From positions 16,244,001 through 16,308,000 of the forward strand of contig NW_024704751.1 in the NCBI RefSeq assembly GCF_018977255.1: a DNA stretch of 64,000 nt, written 5' to 3'. The position numbers were made by a program, and so were the translations under genes. Below the pieces are notes generated by a model. The model saw only the letters and a program-made list of their open reading frames with translations, was not told where the DNA came from and made no database searches. Position 1 is the stretch's first letter, and the number at the start of each line of letters is the position of its first letter. Source of the DNA: Callorhinchus milii (Eukaryota). Shown here in pieces: positions 13,701 through 27,848 of the stretch.

Positions 13701-16700
13701 TCGACCAAACATATCCATGGAAATCCACAAGCATGGTCTTTGTTCAACCACCGAAACCTGAGCTGTCCATGCGATTGTGCTGCATTTCTGCCGGGAAGAA
13801 GCGAAATTGGCAGCGCTCTACAATACTACGCTTTCTACCATAGCTCCCATTAAACAAACAGCTCTCAGAAACCAGAGATCTTAAAGGAGAAATCAATACA
13901 CCAGTGACTGAGCAAACGCTTACTTGTTTTTTTTTTAAAAAAGTTTTAAGTGTTTCACTTCCAGCATGAGCAGAAATGAATAGTACAGTTAAGAGCCTCG
14001 GCAAGGCAAATGTCAAATACTGGTTCCATTTGAGTTGATTTCCTATAACACTCGCTCTACCACAGATAATTGGCAAGGGGGGGTGGGCGGAGAAGTGCGA
14101 AAGGAGAAGTGAAGTGCACATAAATATTTTTCTACACACAATAATTACTCTTCCCGTTCCCTGATGACCTAGCTTACAGGAGTGATTGGACTTGATAGTG
14201 TTTCTGGTCTATCCTCTCTGCAGGTTCTGGGTCTTGGTTTCCATCATTTGAGTCTCAGACACAAAGAACTGCATCACCCTAATCTCAGAGACAAACACGG
14301 TGCCCTTCTATTGTATTTGAACTCGCAGGAATCCATTCCCCACCCTCCACAATTGGGCTGCATAGCACAATGCAAGTGTAATAATCTCAGATCCACAAAT
14401 AACTGAAATTTTAAATTGCACCGTGCTGCCTAAATTTGTGTGTGTGTGTGTGTGTGTGTGTGGGGGAGGAAGAGAAAGACACAAATAGCAGATTTTCTTG
14501 ATCAGTGAAGTACGCACCGACACAGAAAAACATTTTTTTTCTCTTGACAGAATAAGTATATAACTACCCACAAAACAAGCACATTTCAAATAATTAGGAT
14601 TACAAAAATATGGATTTGGGGCAAATCCACTACGACTCTGTTGAAGCCACAAAATGCTGAAGCCATGGCAAGAGGCTAGCAGACAATTCAGTTGGAGCAG
14701 AGGAGCAGACCTCAAAGCAACAGACATTTCATTGGTTACTATAAGGCACCTTCTATTGACATTGCTAAACTCAGAATAATCAGGTTGGATATCCATCTGC
14801 AATATGAAATGGCAGCAATTTTACTGTCTCAACCAACTGTACACTCCATAACTTGCATTGAAACCCTAAACTACAAGCTTGACTAATATGTTCTACAGAA
14901 CAACCAGATTACACTTTAAACAATCCTTTATTCAATAGCTGTATCAATTCAAGAGACTGGCTTGTGGGGTATATCCAATTTTCAATCGTCCCTGTAAATG
15001 TTTCTACCTTCAAATACTTCTATAATTGTCTTTCAAGAATGAATAAATGCATCAGAGCCTCATTTGCTTTGCATTTCAGTTGCAGAGCTTCAGCACATTC
15101 AATGTTCAAACATCAATAATGCGATCAAACTTGAGTATATATGGCTCAGGATGTTGATGCGCAGTTCGAGAAGGGAAAAAATAAAGCTATAAATATTTCA
15201 ACATTTCAGCTAATGTCTTCCCAGCAACAAACACTGATACTCGCATTGTTTCGTCTCCAGTGGACAAATTACAGTACTGCATGTTCAAAGATACTTTGAA
15301 TACTCACATGATCTAATATTAAGACAAACTATTTTAAGAATGTGAATTTTCTAAAGGGCATTAACGATATAATTACAGATGAAACAGATATGTTAAGTTT
15401 TACTTGACTTACAAGTTTCTTGCGGGGAGAGGGGAAGAAAGGGAAGTAAAAGCAAAAAACAGTAAACTAAGGGTAGAATCCAGCCACTTGATTTACAAGT
15501 CATCCATTTAAACCTCACGGCAAGATGATGTTCGATTCAAATTCTCCCCCCTCTCTCTGTCAGATTATAAACCTTGCATTGATGTTTTGATATTACAGGC
15601 ACTATATCAAACACAAAGATTATTATACACAGCACTTTTAAATATCTCAAAGAATTTGATGGTGGCAAAGTTTCATTGGCACCCATTCCACTAAACTGAC
15701 ACCAATTACAACAACAACAACAAGATTTCATTTATAGAGCGCCTTTCACGTCGGGAGGACGTCCCAAGGCGCTGGACAGTTGGGTCAGTGACCCGAGCAT
15801 TGGGGGGGAAATGGTCAGGGCAATTACCTTGCGAAGCGCTTTCGAGACATTTTGAAACCGTGTCAAATTCAAGGACTACCGTTTACATTCTCACACACTC
15901 ACCTGCCGGGTAGGAGTACTCAAATAGGGCTCAAAATCATCATCGTTCAGAGTATCCTTCTGATGAACTGCTCCATTTTGTACTGGAATAAAATTGAACC
16001 AAGGTAAATAAAAGCCGTCACCGCATTACCAGGAGAGGTGTCTTACGATCTGCCATCAGACACGTTAACCTAAACTAACCAGAGGTGCGGGTTGGTCGTC
16101 ACCCTATTATTTTTAATAATATGGAGAGCGTTGGGGGGCCTCGTACATCGATCGCGGTAACGCCTGGTTCGGAGACGCGAGCAGTGAGAGAGGCACAGGT
16201 CGGACTGGCCCTCCACCCGGCGCCGGGACTGCCTTCGACCACATGGCGCCGACTCCTCGGAGGAGAGGAGAAATAAAAAAAGAGTGGTACAAGAGATCCC
16301 TTTACCAGAGAGGCGACTCCGAGGCCCCGAGGACAAGGCATTCATTCGGTGGGTAGTTTTCGGAGTCGTGTTTTTTTTTGGGGGGTAAATGAACGTAAAG
16401 CCGGTAACAGGCGGCGAGTGCGGGGGGTGTGCGGGGGGGAGACTCGGGCAGGAGGAACCCCGCGCGGCCTGAGGAGCCACGGGAGGCGGAGGCGAGGAAT
16501 GGAGAAGTGCTGCCCGTGGGAAGCGGGAACTGCACCGCCACTGCACTATCGGCCGTAAATGACTTTGCACATTACTCGGCGGAAGATTTTTTTTTTTTTT
16601 TTTTGGTTTGGGAGAGTGGGAGAGTGGGAAGAAAAAAAAACACGTTGCGGCAAAAGAGAATGCGACACGAGGCCGCGCGGATGCGAGGGCCCCCCCCGCC

Positions 16701-17025
16701 AGCACGTTTACTGTGGTGGAAAGGCGGTTAAATCGAGTCCGCGGTCTGGGCCCGAAGCCCGAGGCCACAGCCCCGGCCTCGCTTACCTTTACTGCTTTGC
16801 CCTTTCGGTCTCTGCGGCGATTCCCAGGCGGCGGCGGGTCACACGGGAGGAGCGGGGGGTGGGTGGGGGGGGTGCGGGGGGTGGGGAGGGAGGGAGAGAG
16901 AGGATCGTTAATGGAGTCCGAGGCTGCGGCCTAGCGCGGGCCCGATTCCGAGCTCGAGTTGCGTGAGCGGCAGAGGCCGGGGGTGGGTGGGCGCTTACCT
17001 GCTCCAGGACGCTGCTGGCAGACAT
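7721..17025 (-). CDS. YTHDF2: YTH N6-methyladenosine RNA-binding protein F2 (572 aa, 5 exons)
   Basis: Exons 17025-16999 (MSASSVLEQ), 16811-16787 (RPKGQSSK), 15982-15903 ([27 protein letters not shown]), 13204-11642 (low-complexity region plus YTH domain with [15 protein letters not shown]) and 7744-7721 (ERQGRGK*). The termini are YTHDF2-type, and the gene lies next to GMEB1 as in human. Confidence 0.97.
8540..8845 (+). mobile_element. Old, decayed SINE fragment resembling the Deu-domain (SacSINE1/AmnSINE1-type) family
   Basis: Degenerate ...CTGCAGTTTCAGATGATGAGTTAATCTGAGG...GTCCTGCCAATA...ACTGCACATCAAAGTAA... pattern recalled from Deu-SINEs; family name unverified. Confidence 0.5.
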
Positions 17026-17400
17026 TCTTCATGAACCCGGAGTGTGAGGCGGTGCGGTGCGGGCGGTGCGGGGCGTCCGTGTCCCGGGGTTTCGTTGCGC
17101 GCGGCTCCTCTCACTCGCACACTGACTCGGCTCGGCTCCGACTTCCGTTTGTCGCGCGCCCTCGCCGCCGCTTCCCGCGCCCTCCCGCTCCCCACAATGG
17201 CGGAAACCCAGCGGCGCGGCCAAGAGGCGACCCCCCCCGCCTGCGCCCGCCAGACGTGCAGTCTCGAGTCCTCCAAGGGCCAGCGCCACCTGCAGGCGGT
17301 CGCCAGCGAGACCTCCGCAGGTACAGCGCCACCTCCAGGCTCCTGGGGGTGGTGGGGGGGGACCCAGTCTGCAAAGAGCCTTGTGTGGCTGTGGGAAGAC
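16050..17400. promoter_or_regulatory. CpG island / promoter of YTHDF2
   Basis: CpG-dense, covers exons 1-2. ETS-like ACTTCCG at 17141-17147 and YY1-like AATGGCGG at 17196-17203. Confidence 0.85.
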
Positions 17401-20286
17401 GGGTTGGGTATTGTGGAAGGATGAGATAAAATGGGTGCGAGAGCTCTCTTCATTCATGGACGTTGTGTGGGGGTCATTTTATTGCTGTGTTCCGCACCAG
17501 GACTGTGTGTGTGTGTGTGTGGGGGGGGGGCACTGCTGTGCGCAATTGGCTGCTGCGTTTTGCCCACAAACTATAGTCGATTTACTTTACAGTATATTCT
17601 GTGGAGCACTTTGAGGCGTCTCGAAATGCGATGGGGCGCTGTACCAAATGCAAATGCAGGGCTGATTACTGTCATCGTATTATGTTATTATTATTATTTC
17701 AACAACGTCCATACCACGCGGCTGCTCGTCCCCAACTCTGAAGCCGTTACTGCTGTTAAGTTCAACCAAGTTCGCTTTGCTCACAATCAGCGCGGCTACA
17801 ACTGGTACTATATTGTGCTCTTCACGCACAATAGTCATGGAGCGCTTAATCAAAGGGTTTATAAAGCAGATCTCATACCATTTCGGATATCCTCCCCCCG
17901 CCCTAAAAAGAGTTTTATTTCCATTAAGTCAGAGATTCTTCAGTAAGTTAAGCTCTGGCCACGTTCCAGTTTCTGTTCTTTTATCCTGTTATCTATCTTG
18001 TAAACAGTGATGAAAATGAACACAATACTCACAATAAAGCTCCTGGCACTGGACATCATACATATTTACTCACATATTCTTTTACATAATAGAATTGACT
18101 CCAGACGATGTGACACTCTTTGGTTGCCTCACATCCTCCACATCAAGTACTGCAGCACATTGTGCTCAGACTTGTCATTTCAAAGATAAACATTACCATA
18201 CATTCCTTACTATTCCTGATATCCAAAATTCCATGGCTATCTCAAAGCCATTTGAGAGCAGTTAGTTGAAATAAATTGTCTATGAATTTCAGTCAAGTTA
18301 TGGACATCAATAATTCTGGACATCAATGTAATGGTTTGATGTTCTTTCATTCAGCATCTCTGATATACATGTGTAACAAGCAGTAACCAGTAAAGTGGAG
18401 TTATAGCCAGATTCTGTGTATGTGTTGGAATTATCATCAAACAGATACGATTTTGATAACATTGTGAAGGAGACAAAATCTCTCTTGGCATATTACCATT
18501 CCATGCTTTGCTGACAAATGATTCATTACTTACCAATAACAGGATTCATCAAAATGTTTGCCTGCATTGCACAAATAAATGGCTTCATGAAGTTCATGAA
18601 CTGAATAGTGGAATTGAAGGTTACATCTGAACAAATACAAATCAAACATCATTTTTAAAATATCTTGACAGCATTTTAGCAATAAACACATTAAAACATA
18701 GTCTGAAAAAATCCTGAATCTACACTTTAGCTTTTATTCTTTGTCACTGGGTGCCACGGGCTGAACAGAAAATGCGCACGAGATTCAATTTAGGACATCA
18801 ACAGTACCGCCCGAGAACAGAAACAGCAACGTACAACAGTGTATTCACCCCATCGATCTTAGCTGGTCCCAGCTCTCTCACTATCTACTCCAATCTCAAT
18901 TCCCTATCTTTCTCCCAGCGTGTTTATGCTGGCGCTAGCTCTGTCATTGCGGCTATCTACTCCAATCTCAATTCCCTGCCCTTCCCCGTTTGGGAAACCC
19001 CTCCCCCCAACACACATTATTCTGCCTCTTCAAATACATGTTCTTTGCTAACACATCATCACATTTAGACCTTTTATATAGGGGTTTCAACTATAAAAAA
19101 CTAGGCCTTTAGCAACAGAATAACTTGGATTTCTAAGCACCTTGTATGTTGAAACATTTCAAAGCGCTTTACAGTAAGTAGTCAAGTGTAGTGACTGTTT
19201 TTTATTCTTTAGCAATGCTAATACTTTTCATCAGCAGTAATTCAAGGTTAAAAGCCCCTCCCCCTAAGTCAACAATGAGAATAAAAAAGGGTAAATAAAA
19301 TTCTTCTAAAAAAAAGTATTTTCAGACATGACACAAAAAGCATTTGAATATTTTCAACCACCATTCAGTCACATGCATTTAATTGCTATACAGGAATGCT
19401 ATGCATATTTTTTTTGTTGGTTTAGTTAAAAAAGGAAATGTACATAGTGTGTCTTAATAAGAAGCTAATGAAAAGAGTTTATGTTCATTTCCTGAACTTG
19501 TGAAAACATCATTGGGAAAAGTATATTAAAGCCACCCTTACACAGACAAGGCTGATTGAATGGTGAGAAGGATGTGAGGCGCCTGCAAGTGCCCACCAGG
19601 TTGTTGCACCATACATTTAACGACATCCATTCACATCATCAAAATCCACTAATGACAAGATTTTCTTTTACTGAATGGTTTTGGTTTACCCCATTCCCCC
19701 TCACCCCCAGTAAAGAAATCAAAATCCAATGCTACATTGAGACTGGCCAAAGCAAAATCATTCTAATTCCATACTGGATGCGCTCTGGGCCCAAGAAACT
19801 GTCGGAAGATTATGGAGTACAGAGTGACTTGCATAAGTAAATGCAGATTAACATTTACCTTCCCAAACCTGGCCCGAAACACGAACAGCTAACACAGACT
19901 CACTGAGTGTCAGGCACTAGAGGCCTCAAATTTCTCATGTTTTCAGGCTTAAAACCATCGATTTAAAACTTATTGTGTAGAATTTTGGAAAATTTGGAAT
20001 CTGATTTTCTAGATCTCTGGGCTCCAGATTCTGTATCTCTTTTCAACTTGTCACTTGGTGGTGACTTTCCTAGTGTGCAACAAAGAGGCCAACAAAGACA
20101 GCACTGACCTATGATAGGATCTGAGCAAGCAATCTGAACGTAGCTTTTTAAAAATAATATTGCAGCCTCTTCCTTTCCGTTTTAAAAAAAACATAATTTT
20201 CAACTTCAGATCTGTTACACATACTACATTTTAAAATACAGTACATTCAGAAACAGCCAAGCAGTAGCCCATCAATAGAAAAAAAA

Positions 20287-23200
20287 TTAACTCTCTTTCT
20301 TTTCTTCCTCTTGTTCTTCCTGGGTCACCACCTCAATGGCTTGTATTTGGACTTCATGATCTGCCTGCACGGCCTTGTCGTCAGGCTCGGTGTCTGGCAC
20401 AGGCTCTGGATCCGAGTCCATCTCTGGACCCGGGTGGATTTCAATCACAGTCTGTGATTCTCCTGTGGACTGGTCAAGACAGTCGCTCTGGACCATCGAA
20501 GTGATCCCCGAGTCCACAGTCACCAGCTGCATGGGGCTAGCATCGACTCCAGCCATGGTCGTGATGGCGTTGCTCTCCTGAATGGCGGCTGTACTCAGGA
20601 GAGCGAGGCTGGAGGAAGGGTGAATGGTAACTGTCTCAGAGGTCGAGGTCTTGGGTGCAGAGACCACAGCAGTGTATCTGGTGAAGAGTTGGGAGCCACC
20701 GGACAACGTATGGACTGTAACAGGGCTGGACTGGTGGCCCAGGGCTGCCATCGGCATGGTGGTAACATTGGCGACGGAAAAGTTTGTTGCCATTGGAGTG
20801 ATTGCGATCGGAGATATGACCGTGAACTGTGGATGCTGCAGTGGGGTGGTCGGTGTGAGGATGGTGGCAGAGGCAGGTCTCTGTAGCCGGGGGCGTTTGT
20901 TGGGTTTGGGAGTAGCAATGGGCATCAGCACCACGTTCTGCAGAGTCTGACTCCTCAGCTTCTGTTCCTTGGCTCGCTTTTTCTGCTCCTCCAACTGACG
21001 CTCCAGTTCTGAAAGGAAAGAAAATATCCAGGATTCAGCATCTTACCAGATCAAAACAAGAGGTTCCAATGCACCTGCAGGCCATTTGATCTCATCCTTC
21101 CTAACCCCACCGTCATCCACTGCAGCATCAAGAGCTTTCTTGAATCAGTCTGAGTACTCTAGTCTCAACCATCTTTCTTATAACATGATCCACTCATTAA
21201 CGGAAAAAAAATACTTCCTGGTTTCTATTCTAAACTTTTCCTTTACAATCCAGAACAAGGGCCTTTTTCCTGTTACTCTGGTGCATCTGAAGACATTGGT
21301 TTACTTTCTCTATCTCATTTAGAATCTATATACTGAATCTTTATAAAATGCCAGAGATATCTGCTTTCAAGGCTGATAAGTCCTTACTTATCCAGTCATT
21401 CCACACAACTGATTGTGATGTCTGGTCATCCATTTGAGAAGATACTTCTCCTGAAACATGCATCTCAAGTTCTTCAAGTACTTAACATCAAAGGGAAGAG
21501 TACCTGTCAGGTCACTGTGGATCTGCTCCTGACTCTGATCAGTTTGACTTTTTCTGTTGTCCAAAACTTTCTTCACAGTCTCCAGGAGGCCGAATGTTTG
21601 TGCCATGTTATTGAGGACTGCAGCGTCTGAAAAAATAAATTACACACTGCTTTTATTCTGACAGTTCACCAGTAACTAACAAAGTACAAAGACATTGATT
21701 TCCCTCATTCCATTTTCTACTTCTGTGGCCATGTCCCACAGCGCTCTGCGTTCACACACACTGTCAATCCCCACTCATTATGTATCCTCATGCAAACTAC
21801 TCACAACACTGGTCATTTGTCCCACCCCCCACATACCCCGATGTTAACTCCACACCTGTGACTTGCAGCGGGGTCAGTCCCATTCTCTGCTGAACTCCTG
21901 TCAGCATCTCCATCAGCTCCTTCTGAATGTTTGTCACCACCTCTCCCAGCAAACCCACATCAGCAATTCCTTTCCAGAAAGCCAGCGTGTCCTCTGTAGC
22001 AAGAAATACAACAGATCAGAAACCAGGACTAAATACTAGCACGTTTAAAACCACAGTGGCTCCCTATAACTCAGTCCATATAACAGCTACATCTCTAATT
22101 ATTCTACAAAGTATGTGCAGCCCTCAATAACATGGCACACAATTTCATTTCAGACACACATGAAAAGTTGACTAAGACCGGAACCAATAAAACGAGTTAT
22201 TTCCAGCTGTGCCTAGTGCAATGACTCCGCAATGCATGGCGACTCCATTGTAATGGACATTCATTTTATCCAGGGCAGCAGGAGACAATCAGAGCAATGA
22301 AACTCCGGCATTTTGCATCTCTAAAATTCAATCTAACCATGTTATCCCAGATTGCTCCCCTCTTAGCGATTATGAAACACCCACTCTTCGTACTCTAACC
22401 AATTTTCTCCTCACTGTCCAAATGTGCATTCTTTAGGCCCCAACTGCCACTCACCGGAGATCTCTTCACCATCTTTCCGGTTCAAATCTTCTGCAGTAAC
22501 AGCAACTGTGGTCAACGCTGGGCTCCACTCAATGCATTCCTCAGCATTGTCTTCAGAAATGGAGATCTGCGCCCCATTACCTAGGAACCCAACAAACACT
22601 CAGCAAAAGAACATACCAATTATACAAGCTGTAGCTCAAAATTTTCTTTCAAAAATAAATCTACTTTTTCTTGAAAAAACATAACAGCCAATTTTGCATG
22701 ACAAAAGATTTACAACAACTTGCATATATATTTTGTGCGGGCAGGAATCCTGGCGTTGGAGTTTTGAAGTAATTGAATTTTGTGTATATTTTGTTTGGAG
22801 CTGGGAAAACCAGCAAGGAGGGCATTGAAATAGCCCTCACGGGAAGTGATGAAGGCGTGGACAAGGGTTTTGGCTGCGTTGCTTGTTAGGTACAGAAGGA
22901 GGCGGGCAATGTGACAGCTGGAAAAAAGAGGTCCTGGTCAAGGAACAAATGTGGAGTAGAAAGGAAAGCTAACTCTAACAATAATAATCCTTGCACTTGA
23001 TATAGCTCATTACATCTTCGAGACATCTCAAAGTGCTTCACAGAATATACTGTAAAGTGAATTGATTGTATATTTTGTGGGCAAAATTGCTCAGGGTGAG
23101 GGGAAACGGCCTCATGCCTCATCATTACTTGGCAATCCTCTGCAAGTTCTTCCAGTCTTTATCACTATAATCGCAGAAACATGTGGGAACAAACAGAACT

Positions 23201-26200
23201 GACTACAAGAACAGCAAGATAATGGAATGACTGGAACTAATATTGGAAACCATTCATCTAAAAGTTCAGAGTGAAATCTTCCCAAAGAACACAGTATCTT
23301 CCCCAAAACTTGCAGCAGGCTATTTCCACTGTGGCACTCTGTAGGTCATTGCTTACCATCTGCAGAGATAGGCGTCTGCACCATATTGCTCTGCTGGCTG
23401 GGGACAGGAGCCCTGGCGCTGCTGATCAGAAGGTCAAACTTTGTGCTGCGGCAGGTGTTGGTGCAAACCTTATCATGCTGATAAAAATCCAACTGACCAG
23501 AATCCATCATCTTCCTGTATGGGAAGCAGTCAGAAACAGTCACTTACACTGAGCCCCAGAAGACTCAACTCACCTCCAGAGAGTACTTTTGGTGACTACC
23601 TTATGCCACCCCCACTCCTTGCCCCACAACTTGCACCCTGATCAACACAATGTCTGGCATAATTAAGAAATAACAAAAGCTATTGAATTCTATTGTATGA
23701 AATTCGACCACAGTAAACTCCGGATAACTCGTCATTCTGAGGGAAAAGGACTCAGTGACAAGATATCCAATGGGACAAGTTAGCCATTGGTCCTCTGAGC
23801 TCAATCACCTCTACCACCAGCTCAGCAATGCTATTGGCTGGCACTCAGTCACACTCCTGGGAACCAGGATCAGCACAGGTCAGCAACACTGTTGGGACAG
23901 GAAGAGGAACAAAAACTGGCAAAATGCAGGGAATATATCTGGATAACACTAACCTTAACATTACACCTCCTATTCGGATTGCTCGTTTCCAGTCTTTGAG
24001 TGTGGATTTCCCCGCAAAGTGAACAAACTGTTTTGGGCTTATAAGATGATCATTAAACTGAAAAGAAAAACAGAGTAAAGAATTCCGTCATAATGGAGAA
24101 TACTGACAAGACTGACTTCACATACAAACATGAAAAAATGTCTTGTGTGTAATTAATGGCTATTCAGTCCCACAGAGTCTGTTCTGCCATTCTATAAGGC
24201 CATGGCTGATCTGTACCTCAACTTCAATTGCTCATCCTTGCCCCATATCCCTTGATACCCGTACCTACAAAAATCTACCTCAGCCTTGAAATTTTGAATG
24301 GATCCAGCATCCACAGCTGGCTATTGCAGTTTTAATTATTATTACGGTTTTAATTGTCATAATTATTACTGGTGATAAACTATCATTGCTGATAATTAGT
24401 ATCTCTCCTGGTAAGTGGCTGTTTGATAACTGGTAAACACCCCAACTTCGTGAAAGCAGTTGAGCCCAAAGCCATTTGCAGTAGCCATTACACCAGCCAG
24501 CAATGCCTCTGAATTTGCCACCTTAGGGATTTAGATATTTGAACAGCAGAATACTTTCAAAGTTGATTTTACTTGTATTTTAGGGACCAGTTCTGAGATG
24601 CAGCATTATTCAGGGTAGTTAATTAGAAGGCTCCCCAAGCTGCCTCTTGGATGCTGCATGTGTTTTATAAGTTTCAGGTATTTGTGTCTTAGCTGGAGCA
24701 AAATTGAATTTTTTTTTCTCCATTCTTAGATTATTAATGAAATATCACTCCTCCATTACAACCCAATTTAATAAAATAGACGTGGACAGTACAGTATTAA
24801 CAGATGGAATAGTTATGCATGGTTCATACCTTCACGCATTTTACATTAATTCCTGGGCAGACAAATTTCTTCCACAGCAGAATGGCTTTGCTTTCCCCAC
24901 AGGTAATAGGATAAGCAATTTCAACCTCCTCATTGTTGATATCTGGAATTAAAACTCAATAGTCGGTTTCTCTTTGCAAAGAAATTAAAGCTTTTGCAAT
25001 GAAGCAGCCTACATTATTTTTTAAAGTTATTTCTTCCTCACTGAATCCCATTACAGCATCAAGCTGTTTCATAAATCACAGCATTCATCATTGTGGCTTA
25101 AACCACCCATACTGACATCCAGCTGTTAATTACCCTATGGGTAAAGAAAAACTTCCTAATATCCATCCTAAATTCACCCTTCCCAACCTGAATCTGAATT
25201 CTTGTCTTGGTGAATTTGGAACTATTGGAACTATAAGCTGGAAGAGTCTGCTGATGCCCACAGACAAAAAATTGAGTGAGGCAAAGTTATTGTCCCCTTT
25301 CCAGACCCAGGCAACAGCGCAGGTTGGTGTCTCCAGCAGAGGAGAAACATACAAAAAAAAGCAGAAAATCAGGTGTAAAGGTAACAGCTAATAGTGTTTT
25401 CAATAGTCACACACATCCAATTTTTATACTTTATAAAATTATTTTGTATAAATACAGAAATACAAGAATCAACTTTAAATGCCGCCCCTTCATTCCCCCG
25501 TTGAAGTTTGGCAGCATTCTGCTTCAACGAGAAGGCTGCTAACTTTGATGGAGTGACTGTCTCGCAGGCGATCTAGTATGTTAAGTGTCAGAAGTGTCAG
25601 AGCTGTACCACAAGGACAAAGGGAGTCGTTGCCCAAAGTGCTGCAACCTTAAGGTCCCTCCAGCTCAGTAACCGTTCCAGCCATCGCTTCTCCTTTTTAA
25701 GCAGTTACCTGCTGGCATCTAGAGTCTGTTGACAGAGCATTATTAGTAAATGATAATAGCTTTAAACCGAGGCACAAGCCTACATCTCCTACGAATTTAG
25801 TTCTCTCCACCACCCTTTGTTGGATCAGTAACTCAGTAAACTTTGATCTCTCACCTTCCCCCTCTGCCATTTTCTGCAAAGTGTGAGTCCCCACAGACAC
25901 CACTGAAGCATTGCAGTTTGATTCTGATCCTTCTTCACACATGCTGTTGGAATAATTTGAAACCAAGGTTAGTGCAAAGGTGACACACAGCAATTTACAG
26001 TTATAAATCTCAATGACGTGTTTCCATATTCAACAATGAATCTTGTATATATATATGTATATTGTACCCTTCATGTGGGATAAAGTATTGGTGCACTTCA
26101 CAGTGGCAGGATTGCCCACTCTTCTTGGTAATCCATTCCAGGTGTTGATTGTCCTCTGTGTAATCAAATACTTCCTGGCGTCCGTCTTAAAATTGCCCCA

Positions 26201-27848
26201 CACAACCTCTTATACATCTGCCTTGACATATTTGAAAATATTGTTCTGGATGTACTTTCTCCATCAATTAGTATCTCATGCAACCCCAAATCTCCAATGA
26301 GACATCTTTAAAGACTGAAGATCCTAAGTCAGGCACAACTAGCCTTCAGCTCCCCTCTCGACTCTCTTCCCCCTCCTCGCTCCCTCCCTTCCCTCCCCTC
26401 ACCCTGACCATTTCCCCCCTCCTCGCTCCCTCCCTTCCCTCCCCTCACCCTGACCATTTCCCCCCTCCTCTCTCCCTCCCCTCACCCTGACCATTTCCCC
26501 ACTGCTCGGGTCATGACCCAACTGTGCAGCGCCTTGGGACGTCCTCCTGACGTGAAAGGCGCTTTATAAATGGAATCTTGTTGTTGTTGTTGTTGTTATA
26601 CCTTACAAAGAGCTGCCATCCCTCCTAATCCTCTCCACCATAATTAAACCTTAATTTCATTCTCCCTCATGTATGTTCCCTTATCACAGTCCCTCACATG
26701 TGCGTGTGTGAGGGGCTGCGCTGGTGAGCACACACATGAGTGCGCGTGCATGTGCAAATGCATGGTGGGGTGTGTGTGTGTATGGTGGTGTGTGTGTGTG
26801 TGGTGAGGAGGGTGAGTAGTGTCACGGTGTGTGTGTCAGGTGTCTGTGAGGGTGTGATGTATGAAGGTGTGTGTCATAATGTGTGCTGTGTGGGGGAGGG
26901 GGCTGTGTGAGAATTTGTGTCACAATGTGTGTGCGCGGCTGTAGGTGGGACTGTGTGAGGGTGTGTGTCAGCGTATGTATGAGGGTGTACATCACAGTGG
27001 ATGTATGAGGGTGTGTTGTATCAGTGTGAATGATGGTGTTGTGTGTGTGAGAGTGTATGTGGGGAGGGTCTGTGTCACAGTGGGTATGAGGGTGTGTGTG
27101 GGTGTATGTNNNNNNNNNNNNNNNNNNNNNNNNNNNNNNNNNNNNNNNNNNNNNNNNNNNNNNNNNNNNNNNNNNNNNNNNNNNNNNNNNNNNNNNNNNN
27201 NNNNNNNNNNNNNNNNNNNNNNNNNNNNNNNNNNNNNNNNNNNNNNNNNNNNNNNNNNNNNNNNNNNNNNNNNNNNNNNNNNNNNNNNNNNNNNNNNNNN
27301 NNNNNNNNNNNNNNNNNNNNNNNNNNNNNNNNNNNNNNNNNNNNNNNNNNNNNNNNNNNNNNNNNNNNNNNNNNNNNNNNNNNNNNNNNNNNNNNNNNNN
27401 NNNNNNNNNNNNNNNNNNNNNNNNNNNNNNNNNNNNNNNNNNNNNNNNNNNNNNNNNNNNNNNNNNNNNNNNNNNNNNNNNNNNNNNNNNNNNNNNNNNN
27501 NNNNNNNNNNNNNNNNNNNNNNNNNNNNNNNNNNNNNNNNNNNNNNNNNNNNNNNNNNNNNNNNNNNNNNNNNNNNNNNNNNNNNNNNNNNNNNNNNNNN
27601 NNNNNNNNNNNNNNNNNNNNNNNNNNNNNNNNNNNNNNNNNNNNNNNNNNNNNNNNNNNNNNNNNNNNNNNNNNNNNNNNNNNNNNNNNNNNNNNNNNNN
27701 NNNNNNNNNNNNNNNNNNNNNNNNNNNNNNNNNNNNNNTGCACGGGCTGCAGTTGCAGGATGACCTGCGTTTTCCCCGCCTCCGCGCTATCCGCCTCCAG
27801 GCTCGCGGTTTCGGCCGTTACGACCACCACCTCCCCGACGCTCGCCAT
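20287..27848 (-). CDS. GMEB1: Glucocorticoid modulatory element-binding protein 1 (SAND/KDWK domain)
   Basis: Exons: 27848-(27739, into the gap) MASVGEVVVV...KTQVILQLQPV; 25943-25855; 24942-24830 (EIAYPITCGESKAILLWKKFVCPGINVKCVK); 24057-23954 (AGKSTLKDWKRAIR); 23514-23357; 22580-22455; 21993-21856; 21626-21504; 21008-20287. Phases are consistent. SSARAPVP and KRPRLQRPAS are GMEB1-type motifs. Confidence 0.95.
26340..26597 (+). mobile_element. L2 LINE 3' end with internal tandem triplication (CCCTCACCCTGACCATTTCCCC...)
   Basis: Tail GCGCCTTGGGACGTCCTCCTGACGTGAAAGGCGC...(TTG)n, matching the 3' end of the 29257-29868 element. Confidence 0.8.
27110..27738. other. Assembly gap (629 N) next to a GT-rich low-complexity tract (26700-27109)
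   Basis: Run of N; removes the splice donor of the first GMEB1 coding exon. Confidence 1.

Noticed and set aside
14308-14802. 164-aa minus-strand ORF and ttgcag|ATG acceptor-like site in YTHDF2 intron 3
   Set aside because: Runs through a CA microsatellite, has no homology I recognise and only a weak donor.
16070-17457. Many overlapping ORFs of 100-230 aa
   Set aside because: Stop-poor CpG island; only the two short YTHDF2 exons are supported.
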